DNA of 64,000 bases, taken from positions 549-64,548 of the forward strand of contig CAIYWC010000189.1 in the NCBI GenBank assembly GCA_903929795.1, given 5' to 3'. The position numbers and the translations under genes are program-made. This document shows, one piece after another, positions 26,947-36,700 of the stretch. A model generated the notes under the pieces. The model was not told the DNA's origin and ran no database searches. It saw only the letters and a list, made by a program, of their open reading frames with translations. How positions within the stretch are numbered: position 1 is the first letter of the stretch; every line of letters begins with the position of its first letter. Origin of the DNA: an uncultured Myxococcales bacterium (GTDB lineage: Bacteria > Myxococcota_A > UBA9042).

Positions 26947-27891
26947 TTAGACCGGCGGCGCCACGGACTCGATGATTTGATGCAAAAGCGCAGCAATCGT
27001 TTCGCGTTCGCTTGCAGAACCCGTCATGCCGGTCGGAATCACGCGGTGGCCGGCGATGGGCACAAAGAGCTGCCGCACGTCGTCGGGCGTGGCGAAAGTC
27101 CGCCCGGAGACCAGCGCGCGTGCCTGTACGGCCCGGTAAAAGCCGATCGCCGCGCGCGTGGACAGGCCCAGCTCAAACGACCGGTGCGCCCGCGTCGCCT
27201 GCGTCAGCGCGTGCAGGTAGCCCAGCACTTCGTCGCTCACGTGGACGCCCTCCGCCGCGGTGCACAGCTGCGCCAGCTCGCCCGGCCCGCACACCGCTTC
27301 CGGGGCCGTCTGCGGCGCCCCATGCTGGCGAATGAGCGCCATCTCCTGCGCGCCCTCCAAATAGCCCACCGACGTCCGCACCAGGAAGCGGTCGAGCTGC
27401 GACTCCGGCAGCGGGTACGTCCCGTGAAATTCCCGCGGGTTCTGCGTCGCCAGCACGATGAACGGCTGCGGCAAGGCGTGCGTTACGCCGTCGACCGTCA
27501 CGCGCCCCTCGGCCATCGACTCCAGCAGCGCCGATTGCGTGCGCGGCGTCGTGCGGTTGATCTCGTCGGCGAGCAGCAGGTTGGCAAAAACCGGACCAGG
27601 CTTGAACTCAAAGCGCCCAGTCTTCTGGTCATAGATGGAAATACCCACAATATCAGCCGGTAACAGGTCGCTGGCGAACTGGATGCGCTGCCAGGACAGC
27701 CCGAGCACATGGGCAAAAGTCCGCGCGAGCGTGGTCTTGCCCACGCCGGGCACGTCCTCAAAAAGCACGTGGCCACGCGCAAGGATCGCCACCATCACCA
27801 GCTCGACGATCTCCGTCTTGCCGACAAACGCCTGCTCCACGCCAGCGACGATACGGCGACAGAGAATTTCCGGCGAAACGGATGTGGTCAT
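26947..27891 (-). CDS. MoxR-family AAA+ ATPase
   Basis: GHVLFEDVPGVGKT, RIQF.SDLLPADI.G, LADEINR..P.TQSALLE.M.E, ATQNP.E..GTYPLPESQLDRF. Confidence 0.95.
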   Translation of the reverse strand: MTTSVSPEILCRRIVAGVEQAFVGKTEIVELVMVAILARGHVLFEDVPGVGKTTLARTFAHVLGLSWQRIQFASDLLPADIVGISIYDQKTGRFEFKPGPVFANLLLADEINRTTPRTQSALLESMAEGRVTVDGVTHALPQPFIVLATQNPREFHGTYPLPESQLDRFLVRTSVGYLEGAQEMALIRQHGAPQTAPEAVCGPGELAQLCTAAEGVHVSDEVLGYLHALTQATRAHRSFELGLSTRAAIGFYRAVQARALVSGRTFATPDDVRQLFVPIAGHRVIPTGMTGSASERETIAALLHQIIESVAPPV

Positions 27892-29150
27892 GGTTGTCCT
27901 GGGCCGGCGGGCGGCGTGGGTGCGGTGTGGCAACGCGACACAGCGGCGCGCACGGCATCATCGACAGTGTTGGCGGCGGCGGTCAATTCCGCGGGCGTCG
28001 TCTTGATCGCCGATTTCTGTGCCGCCGTCAGCAATTCCTGCTCCAGGCTGGCGCTTGAGCGGTCCCGCCGGCACAGGCGCTGCGCCATCACCGACACGAT
28101 CAGCGCCCGCAGCTGCAGCGCGTCCAGCTCCGGCATCGCGACGGCGTCCTGCACGCGCGCCTGCACGAGCGCCCGCGCCTGCGCCGCCGCCTGCACGGCG
28201 CGATCCGGCCAGCCCGCGTCCAGCGCCACTTCCGCCAAGTTGCGAAACAGCACGGGCCGCCGCGGCTGCAGGCCAATCGCGGTGTCCAGCGCCGCGATGG
28301 CGCCCTCCAGGTTGCCGGCCTTGTGCTTGGCGGCCGCCAGCTGGTTCCACAAGGACGCGTCGGTCGGCAGCTCGGTCACCATTCGTTGCAGCAATTTCAA
28401 GGCCTTGTCCGTCGCACCCTGTTCCAGCCACACGCTCGCGAGCTCGCTTTGCGCGTCGCGACCGTCCGGGACGATCTCCAACGCCACTTTGAGCGCCGCT
28501 TCCGCTTCCGCGAGGTCACCCGCGAGCGCCCGGACCTGCCCCAGCACCAGCCACGCGTCCGCGTTGCGCGGCGCCAGCTCCGTAACGCGCTGGGCCAGCT
28601 CAAGCGCGGTCGGCAGCCGGCCACGTGCCAGCATCGCGCGCGCCGCCACCACAAGCAGGCGCGGCTCGTCCGGGTGCAGCTTCAGGCCCGCGTACGCCAC
28701 CCGTGACGCGTGATCCGGGTCACCGCGCGCCAGCAGCAGGTCGGCCATCCGCACCGCGGCGGTCACATCGTCGGGCTTGAGCGTCAGCCGCCGCGCGTAG
28801 GTTGCCACCGCTTCGTCGATGCGCCCCAGCCCGTCGTACGCCCGCGCGAGCAGCCCCGCGGCATCGGCGTCGTTGATGTCGGCCGCCAGCCGCGGCTTGA
28901 GCAGCGCGAGCGCGTCAGCGTGGTGACCGCGCAGGATCTGCGTCTCCGCCAGCTCCAGCACGGCGCGCGGCTCACCGCGATCGGTCAGGGCCTTGAACGC
29001 GAGCTCCGCCTCCGCCAGCCGGCCTTGTTCGCGCAGCTGCAGGGCATGCTCCATCGGCGTCAGCGGCTTGACGACCTGCGGCGCGCTGCACTGGCACAAG
29101 CCCAGCGTCCCGATCAGCAGGAGGCACGCGGCGGCTTGGCGACGGCTCAC
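27888..29150 (-). CDS. Tetratricopeptide-repeat protein, probably exported/lipoprotein
   Basis: Signal peptide ending GLCQC; multiple TPR-like helical repeats (A...LA..Y...GR..EA...Y...L...PDD). Overlaps both neighbours by 4 nt. Confidence 0.8.
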   Translation of the reverse strand: MSRRQAAACLLLIGTLGLCQCSAPQVVKPLTPMEHALQLREQGRLAEAELAFKALTDRGEPRAVLELAETQILRGHHADALALLKPRLAADINDADAAGLLARAYDGLGRIDEAVATYARRLTLKPDDVTAAVRMADLLLARGDPDHASRVAYAGLKLHPDEPRLLVVAARAMLARGRLPTALELAQRVTELAPRNADAWLVLGQVRALAGDLAEAEAALKVALEIVPDGRDAQSELASVWLEQGATDKALKLLQRMVTELPTDASLWNQLAAAKHKAGNLEGAIAALDTAIGLQPRRPVLFRNLAEVALDAGWPDRAVQAAAQARALVQARVQDAVAMPELDALQLRALIVSVMAQRLCRRDRSSASLEQELLTAAQKSAIKTTPAELTAAANTVDDAVRAAVSRCHTAPTPPAGPGQP

Positions 29151-29524
29151 AGCTTGTCGTCCCAGCGCTTGCGATTGAGTCGGACATCGTCGGCGGTTGG
29201 CCGCACTTTGGGTTGCAGCCGTCCCTCGGCGTCGCGGTGCGGCGAGGCGACGCGAAACAGCTTGGGCTGCTCCTCGGTCTGCGCATTCAGCGCCTGATCG
29301 CCCGCGAAGACGTCGGGCAGCTCGCGGTCTTCAAAAATCGCGTGCCACGGGCACTCCGGCTCGCAGGCACCGCAGTTGATGCACTCGGTCGGGTGGATGT
29401 ACAGCATGTTCGGCCGCTCGGGCGGCGCGGCTTGCTTGACTTCGTAAATGCATTCAACGGGGCACACCTCGACGCAGCCTTGGTCCAGGCAGTCAACGCA
29501 GAGGCGGGTAATGACGTACGCCAT
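29147..29524 (-). CDS. Dicluster ferredoxin (FdxA/Azotobacter FdI type) with C-terminal extension
   Basis: [27 protein letters not shown] and [19 protein letters not shown]. Confidence 0.92.
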   Translation of the reverse strand: MAYVITRLCVDCLDQGCVEVCPVECIYEVKQAAPPERPNMLYIHPTECINCGACEPECPWHAIFEDRELPDVFAGDQALNAQTEEQPKLFRVASPHRDAEGRLQPKVRPTADDVRLNRKRWDDKL

Positions 29525-29740
29525 GCAGGTCCTCGAAATCTTCCGTGGGCGGCTGCACGTCCGCGCAGCGAGATGCTACACTCCTTCCGCGCCGGCCGCA
29601 TGCCATCTGGGCGAAAGTTGGCCGACGGGCTGCATTGAATACGCGTTCTCAAGGTGCGTTGTCCATGGTGTCGGGGCGAAAATCCTGACAGCTGCCCGCA
29701 AGCCGCCGCGCTTGCCCAGCGCCAAATGGAGGAAGAGGTC

Positions 29741-31282
29741 ATGAAAACAATGATTTACAAGTGGATCGCGGGCGCGACTGCCGTGGCTGGCGTCGCCGCG
29801 CTCAGCAGCTGTGGCCCGGCGTACACGGAAGATCGCTGGTACGCGCAGGATTATTACGCCCAGCACCCCGCGGCCGTCGCCCAGCCGCAATACGCCGCGC
29901 AGCCGGTAGTAGAGCAGGCGCCGATGGCGCAGCCCGACGGCCAGTTTGCTGACCTCTCGCCGTATGGCCAGTGGGAAATGACCGAGGAATATGGCCGAAT
30001 TTGGGTGCCTTACGCCAACCGCACACCCGGCTGGCGCCCGTATTTCTACGGCCAGTGGGAGTACACGGACTGGGGCTGGAGCTGGGTCAGCGACGAAGTC
30101 TGGGGCGCGGGTCCGTACCACTACGGCCGCTGGACCTGGATGAATGGCCGCAACTGGATTTGGATCCCCGACTACACCTGGGGCCCGGCATGGGTCACTT
30201 GGAGCCATGGCGGCGGCTGTGTCGGCTGGGCGCCGATGGGCCCCGGCGGCGCCAGCTGGGGCGACATCCACGCGCATTCGACCTACTGGACCTACGTGCC
30301 GACCGGCCAGTTCGGCAGCGGCAAGGTACAGCACGTCGTGGTCGCGGCGTCCGAAGTGCCGCGCATTCACTCGCAAACCGTGATGATCGAAGGCGGTTCG
30401 CAGATCCGCGGCCACAACGGCACAGCCGTGACCTACAGCAGCGGCCCGCCGCGCGAACAGGTCCAGCAGTGGACATCGCGGCCGGTGAACCCGCGGCCAA
30501 TCGAGCAGATTCCATCCGTGCAGCCGCGGCGAATTCCGGCGACGGCAGCGGCTCCGACCGGCGGCACCTATGGGTCCGCCACGACACCACCACCGGGCCG
30601 CGGCGTGACGCCTTCACCGGCGGCGAACACGACCGGGACCGCGCCGACGCGACCGGGAGCGGGCTCGACCGTTCCGGGCGGTGTGCCGACCGGCCCAGGC
30701 ACGAACCCCCAGACGCGACCAGGCGTGGGGACGCCGACCGCGCCGGGCGTCGTCCCGGCGACGCGGCCGGGCGTCGGGACGCCGGGTGCGACGCAGCCGG
30801 TTGTGACGCCGCCAACACGTCCGGGCGTGGGCACGGTGCCGACAACGACGCCGCAGGTAAACCCTCCGACCCGTCCGGGCGTCGGGACCACGCCGGTCGA
30901 GCCCCCGACACGTCCGGGCGCGGGCTACACGGGGCCTGGTCCGGTCGCGGTGCCGCCGCAGACGACAGTACCGCGGCCAACGCCGCCGCCGGCCACCGGG
31001 AACAACTACGCGCCGCAGCCGACCCGCTATGTGCCGCCGGTGTACACGCCGCCCTCGCGCCCGTCGACACCGACGTACACGCCGCCGACCTACAACGCGC
31101 CGTCGCGCCCGTCGACGCCGAGCTACTCGCCGCCGACCTACAACGCGCCGTCGCGGCCCGCCGCGCCGAGCTATTCGCCGCCGGCCCAGCAGCAGCAGCG
31201 CTTCTCGCCGCCGCCCGCGCACACGGCCGCGCCCTCGCGCCCGGCCGCAGCGCCTGCGCCGGCTCCCCAACGCCGTCGCTGA
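29741..31282 (+). CDS. DUF6600-like Trp/Tyr-rich lipoprotein with long Pro/Thr-rich repetitive tail
   Basis: GGAGG/GAGG RBS; lipobox LSSC; LSPYGQW....YG..WVP, WRPY..G.W..TD.GW.WVSDE.WG..PYHYGRW, WGPAWV.W, VGWAP.GP. Confidence 0.8.
   Translation: MKTMIYKWIAGATAVAGVAALSSCGPAYTEDRWYAQDYYAQHPAAVAQPQYAAQPVVEQAPMAQPDGQFADLSPYGQWEMTEEYGRIWVPYANRTPGWRPYFYGQWEYTDWGWSWVSDEVWGAGPYHYGRWTWMNGRNWIWIPDYTWGPAWVTWSHGGGCVGWAPMGPGGASWGDIHAHSTYWTYVPTGQFGSGKVQHVVVAASEVPRIHSQTVMIEGGSQIRGHNGTAVTYSSGPPREQVQQWTSRPVNPRPIEQIPSVQPRRIPATAAAPTGGTYGSATTPPPGRGVTPSPAANTTGTAPTRPGAGSTVPGGVPTGPGTNPQTRPGVGTPTAPGVVPATRPGVGTPGATQPVVTPPTRPGVGTVPTTTPQVNPPTRPGVGTTPVEPPTRPGAGYTGPGPVAVPPQTTVPRPTPPPATGNNYAPQPTRYVPPVYTPPSRPSTPTYTPPTYNAPSRPSTPSYSPPTYNAPSRPAAPSYSPPAQQQQRFSPPPAHTAAPSRPAAAPAPAPQRRR
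30640..31240 (+). repeat. Intragenic coding repeats: ~7x (P/Q/A)TRPG(V/A)G, then ~3x PSRP...Y(T/S)PPTYNA
   Basis: Visible in the translation. At DNA level GCCGCCGACCTACAACGCGCCGTCGCG recurs with 48-bp spacing near 31080-31155. Confidence 0.8.
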
Positions 31283-31343
31283 CCCGCTTGACGGATCGCG
31301 GACGCTCGCGCACGCTTCGCCCGGCATTCACGCGAGGCGATCC

Positions 31344-32345
31344 ATGTCCGAGTTGATGACCCTGTCGCGCACCATCTTGCAGCGCAAGCGCTCGTACGAA
31401 GGCGCCACCGGCGATTTCACTTTGCTGCTCAATCACATCGCGCTCGCGGCCAAGGTCGTGTCGCGGTCGGTGGCCAAGGCGGGCCTGCTGGACGTGCTGG
31501 GCAAGGCCGGCCGGGACAACGTGCAGGGCGAGGAAGTGCAGCGACTGGACGTGATCGCCAACGATCTGCTGATCGAATTGCTCAATGATCTTCCGATGGT
31601 CGCGGCGATCGCCAGCGAGGAAGAGGAATTCCTGCAGGTCACCCAGGCCGGCCGTCTGGACGGCAAGTACCTCGTGTGCTTTGACCCGCTGGACGGCTCG
31701 TCCAACATCGACGTCAACGTCACGATCGGCACGATCTTCAGCATCCGCAAGCGCAACGAGACCGGCCGCGAAGCGACCGTCGAGGACTTTTTGGCGCCCG
31801 GCAGCGAGCAAGTCGCCGCCGGCTACGCGGTCTACGGCTCGTCCACGATGTTCGTCTACACCACCGGCGACGGCGTCGACGGCTTCACGCTAGACCCATC
31901 CATCGGCGAATTCGTTTTGACTCATCCGGACATCCGCATCCCGGACTCGCCGCGCTGCTTGAGCGGCAATGTGCTGAACCGCAAGAACTGGCTGCCGGGC
32001 ACAACGGCATTCTGGGACGCGATCGCCAACAGCAAGGACGATCGCTACAAGAAGACCGGGCTGCGCTACGTCGGCACGCTCGTCGCGGATGTACACCGCA
32101 ACCTGCTGCAAGGCGGCATCTTCATCTACCCGGACGACCGCAAGTCGCCCAACGGCAAGCTGCGCATCCTCTACGAGTGCCATCCGCTGGCGTTTGTGGT
32201 GGAGCAAGCCGGCGGTGCGGCGACCAATGGCCGCCAGCGCATGCTGGACATCCAGCCGACCGGGCTGCACATGCGCGTGCCGCTGGTCATCGGCAACAAG
32301 CAGGAAGTCGAGCTGTACGGGAAATTCCTGGCGGAACACGGCTAG
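31344..32345 (+). CDS. fbp: Fructose-1,6-bisphosphatase class 1
   Basis: NVQGEEVQRLD, ASEEE, FDPLDGSSNIDVN, RYVGTLVADVHR.L..GGIF.YP, GKLRILYEC.P. Confidence 0.96.
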   Translation: MSELMTLSRTILQRKRSYEGATGDFTLLLNHIALAAKVVSRSVAKAGLLDVLGKAGRDNVQGEEVQRLDVIANDLLIELLNDLPMVAAIASEEEEFLQVTQAGRLDGKYLVCFDPLDGSSNIDVNVTIGTIFSIRKRNETGREATVEDFLAPGSEQVAAGYAVYGSSTMFVYTTGDGVDGFTLDPSIGEFVLTHPDIRIPDSPRCLSGNVLNRKNWLPGTTAFWDAIANSKDDRYKKTGLRYVGTLVADVHRNLLQGGIFIYPDDRKSPNGKLRILYECHPLAFVVEQAGGAATNGRQRMLDIQPTGLHMRVPLVIGNKQEVELYGKFLAEHG

Positions 32346-32816
32346 ATGGCGCTGACGCACTTGGATGAGCACGGACGCGCGCACATGGTCGCGGTCGGCG
32401 AGAAGCCCGAAACGGCGCGGCGGGCGGTAGCGCAAGCGCGCGTGACGATGTCGGCCGCGGCGCTGGACGCGGTGCGCCAGGGCACCAAGAAGGGCGATGC
32501 GCTGCAAGTATCGCGAATTGCTGGAATCCAAGCCGCCAAGCGCACGCACGAACTGATTCCTCTCTGCCACCCGCTGCGCTTGACGCAGGTTGCCGTGACC
32601 GCGGAGATCGTCGACGGCGGCGTGCTGTTGCGCAGCGAAGTCGCGGCGGTCGACCGCACGGGCGTGGAGATGGAGGCGCTGACCGCGGTGACCGTGGCGG
32701 CGCTGACGCTGTATGACATGGTCAAGTCCGTGGACAACGCGGCGGTGATTGGCGATGTGCGGCTGCTAGAAAAATCCGGCGGAAAGTCGGGGACTTTGCG
32801 CCCACACGGGCCATGA
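32346..32816 (+). CDS. moaC: Cyclic pyranopterin monophosphate synthase MoaC
   Basis: [53 protein letters not shown]. Confidence 0.97.
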   Translation: MALTHLDEHGRAHMVAVGEKPETARRAVAQARVTMSAAALDAVRQGTKKGDALQVSRIAGIQAAKRTHELIPLCHPLRLTQVAVTAEIVDGGVLLRSEVAAVDRTGVEMEALTAVTVAALTLYDMVKSVDNAAVIGDVRLLEKSGGKSGTLRPHGP

Positions 32817-33787
32817 TGGACGCGCTGCCACCGCTGGCTGAACGCGTGCGCGCGGAGACGGCGGATGCCCGGCGCGCGCTGGCGACCGAACGCAAGAAAC
32901 TCGCACGGCTGTTGGAGAAATTGCCCGTGGACGCGGCGGCCTGTGCCGGCGGCGAGGCGCTGCGACTGGCGGGTGAAGTGCTCAAGGTGTCGCTCGATCA
33001 GGTGCCGCGCGGCGCCGATCGCATGACCCTGCCGGTGCCCTGGCTCGATGGCGAGACCGTGGACGTGCCGCTGCAGCGGGATCTCTCGCCGCAGCAGAAC
33101 CTGGACAGGCTGTTCCGGCGCGCCAAAGGGCTGACGCTGGGCCTGAAAATCGTCCGGCAGCGCGAGGCGCAGACGCTGGCGCGCATGGCGATCGTGGCGG
33201 CGCAGTTGGCGACGCTGGACGCGATCGGCGCGGCGGCGCAGGCGTTTGACACCCAGACGCCGGATGCGCCGCGGCCGCGCGACGTGCTGCGTCAGGTGAC
33301 GGCGTGGCTGCAAGCGGTGCGTCAGCTCGGCGTGAAGCTACAGGGCGTGGCCAAGCCAACGCCGGAGCAGCGCAAAGTGGCACGCGGTAAGCAACTGCCG
33401 GACGGCGTGCGCCTGTTCAGCTCACCGGAGGGTGCCGTGGTGCTGGCGGGCAAGACCGCCGACGGCAACGACGCGCTGGTGACCCGGCTGCTGCGCGGGC
33501 GCGACGTGTGGCTGCACCTGCGCGATCGCCCCGGCGCGCACGTGATGCTGCGGGTGCAAGGTCAGGACGCCGCCAAGCCGGCGGAGCTCGCGGCGTGCGC
33601 CATGCTCGCGGGACACCTGTCCGGCGTGGCGAAAGGCGAGGCGTGCGAGATCACCGTCTGCGCCGGCAAGGACGTGCGCAAGGTGAAAGGCGCGCCCGCA
33701 GGCAGCGTCTACGTCAGCCGCGAGCGGGTCCTGCGCGTGGTCATCGATGGCGACGTGATCGACGGATTCTACGCCCGCAACCGCTGA
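32813..33787 (+). CDS. NFACT/RqcH-like protein retaining only the coiled-coil/M region and the NFACT-R (DUF814) domain
   Basis: VPL...LSPQQN...LF..AK; VLAGK.A..ND.L, D.WLH.RD.PGAHV, VRK.KGA.AG.V. No NFACT-N or HhH region. Confidence 0.8.
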   Translation: MMDALPPLAERVRAETADARRALATERKKLARLLEKLPVDAAACAGGEALRLAGEVLKVSLDQVPRGADRMTLPVPWLDGETVDVPLQRDLSPQQNLDRLFRRAKGLTLGLKIVRQREAQTLARMAIVAAQLATLDAIGAAAQAFDTQTPDAPRPRDVLRQVTAWLQAVRQLGVKLQGVAKPTPEQRKVARGKQLPDGVRLFSSPEGAVVLAGKTADGNDALVTRLLRGRDVWLHLRDRPGAHVMLRVQGQDAAKPAELAACAMLAGHLSGVAKGEACEITVCAGKDVRKVKGAPAGSVYVSRERVLRVVIDGDVIDGFYARNR

Positions 33788-33790
33788 AAA

Positions 33791-36700
33791 TTACGGAGAA
33801 GTTGGCACGATCGCGGCCAACTCCGAGGCGTGGGTCCACAGCAGCGCCTGGGCGCACTCGCCGGACGCTGTGCCTTCGTTCTGGATGATGGTCACGGAGT
33901 CCTGCGAACGCACGACGATGTCCACGCACCCGTCGCCGTCCATGTCGGCGATTTCCAGCGCGACCGGGTTGACGCCCACGGCGGACCCGGCGAAGGGCAC
34001 AAAGGTGCCGTGGCCCGTGCCGAGCAGGAACAAAATGGACGCGCTGTCGCCCTTGCCAAGCAGCACGAGGTCGAGGTTCGAGTCGTGGTTGACGTCGCCC
34101 ATCGCCGCCGCGACTGCGCCGGAAAAGCTCGGGCTGATGACGCTGAGCACGGTCTGCGTGTCAAAGGCAGCGTCCTTGCCGCCGGTGTCGTTGACCTTGC
34201 CGGTCAGGATCGCCAACTGGCTGCCGCTGTTCGAGAGCACGAGCATGTCCGCAATCGAATCATTATTGATATCCGCCGCTTCAAACGCATTGGGCGTGCC
34301 GCCGATCGGCGAGGTCGCGTGCTTGGCATAGGTAAAGCCGGTCATGTGCGGCAGGATGCCGATTTGGCCATACGCCGTGCCGAGGCCAAAGATCGTCACC
34401 GGATCGAGCTTGGCGTTCACCGGATTGGGCCACGGCGCCGCGACGATGGCCGCCAGCCCGTCGGGCATGACGCGATAGCTGACGATCGATGGCGAAAGGA
34501 TGTGTTTGTCATCGCAGTTCTGGAGCTCGATCTTGTCGCGCGGCGTGGCCTTGTCGTCGCCAAGGAACTGCGCTGTGAAGTGCGCCTTGCCTGCCGAGAG
34601 GTGCTGCGCCACGGTGTCATTCTTGAACAGACGGACGCGGGCCGCCAGAAACGGCGCCTTGTCGGGCGTGGTCTTGAAACACGCCACGCCGTCGTTGTCC
34701 ATCGCCGTCACGATGTCCAGCGCCTTGTCGCCGTCAACGTCAACGAGTTGGACGTCAAGCGGATTGCGGCCGCCCGAGAGCGCGTACGCCGGGGTCATGT
34801 TGCAGATGTTGGTGCTTGGCAGCCAGTTGCATTTGGCCGCCAAGCCCAGCGGACCGGTCTTGCTGGACAAAAACACGTGTGCCGAGGCGCGGTTCATCGG
34901 CGCGCCGGTACCACCAAAGCCAAAGATCGGCGACGTCTTGTTCGTGTCCGCGAACCCGAAGTTGCTGCAGCAGACCGCGGGGTTGGCGTCCGTGCCCGAC
35001 GGGCCATCCTCGCCATAGCCGTTCGAGATCTCATTTTGCTCAGCGAATACACACCCGCAGTCGCCGGCCGGCACTTCCGTACCGACTGCATACGCGCTGG
35101 CGGACCGTACGGTCACCAGATCTGGCAAGCCGTCCTCGTCCACATCGCCCAAGGCGGCAGCCACCACGCTGCCAAACGGCAGAGGTGCGCCGTTCGTCAG
35201 GTCCTGGGTAAAGCCAGCTGCGGTCCGACTGCCTGGATTGTACGGCGAAAATTCGCCCTGACGCGGCTCCGGATTGAGCTGACCGCCGACGTTCATGAAG
35301 ACCGCCATCGGCCAAATTGGCATGGGATTGCCGTTCAAGTTGCCCAGCGCGCCGATCGCCGAGGACGACGACTGGACACCGATCACCAGCAGCTCGTTCT
35401 TCTTGTCCTTGTCAAAATCCACGACCTTGGCCGCCGCAATGTGCTGCACGCCGCGCGCGGTGGCCGGCGCGTATTCAGCGCAGATGTGGTGGACGGTCGG
35501 CGCGATGAACGAGCCCTTGAACTTGGCCTGGCCCAGGGCGATCTGGATGCCGGAGCGGTCGGTAACCAGTCCACTCGGGCTCCTGCGCGCGTTGAGCAGG
35601 TCGAGCACGCCATCGCCGTCCACGTCCGCCGCCGCAATGCGGATCGAAACGCCGCCGATCATCCACGCCCGAAAGCAGGCCAGCTCGTAGGCGTCGTCGG
35701 TGGGATCCAACGGAATGCCATCGACTTCCCCGGACAGCAGCCCGGCAAGCACGTACGGATTGCCGGTTGGGCCAATGTTCGCCACTGTCATCGCCTGGAC
35801 AAGCACGTTCGGGATGTCGCGGTGGGCGGCTGAATCCTCAACGAACGAGAACTGCCCCGCGTGGTTCGTCCGCAGCCAGCGCAGGTACGAGCCCGTCGTG
35901 CTGGCGACCAGCAGATCCGGACCCGACTTGCCCCCGGTGAGCGTCGGCGGCAAATTCACCTGCAAAATCAAGCTGGTGTCCGTGCCATCCTTGAACTGGT
36001 ACGCATCCACGGCCTGGTTCAACGTGCCGTCGCCCTTGACATTGCGGTAGCAGGAGACGATGGGCCGATTTCCGGAGCCGACGCAGACGTCCAGGCCGCC
36101 GCCGTCCCAGAAGTCGCCTGTGGCGATCGAGACCACCGCGGTGACGCCCATGTTCGGCGCGACTTTGACGTCGCCAAACACCTTGGCGCTCTTCAAACCC
36201 GCGAAATTCACGGTCTCGTCTTTGCACGATTTCTGCGGCGTCGCGGGGTCGTCGGTCACCGTGCAAATCGGCCCTTGCGTCAGCAGCAGCGTCATCAGAC
36301 CCAGATCCAGGTCCTGGCCGTTGGCATCCTGGGTCTTGATGGCGCCAAAAAGCAGGTCATCGAGCGAATCGCCATTCAGATCCGCCATTTCCGCGGTCGA
36401 CGGCCGCGCGGGCAGCTGCAGCGTGTCGACGATCTTGAACGCGCGCAGGGTCTGTGTCACTGGCTTGCTGTCGGCGCCCGTGTACGTGTAGGTGTCGGGC
36501 ACGTTGAGGATCGCCCAGACTTCACCAAATGTGCCCGCTGGCCCGGTGACGGTGCCAACGGCCAGAATGTCCAGATCGCCGTCGCCGTCGAGATCCCGCA
36601 GGAAGACGCGCGACATGTTCGCCAGCGCGCCGGCTTTCACTTCGTCCGCCGTGCCGCGAATCACGCGCGTCTTGTAAAGCGCATCCGCGGGGACAAGTTC

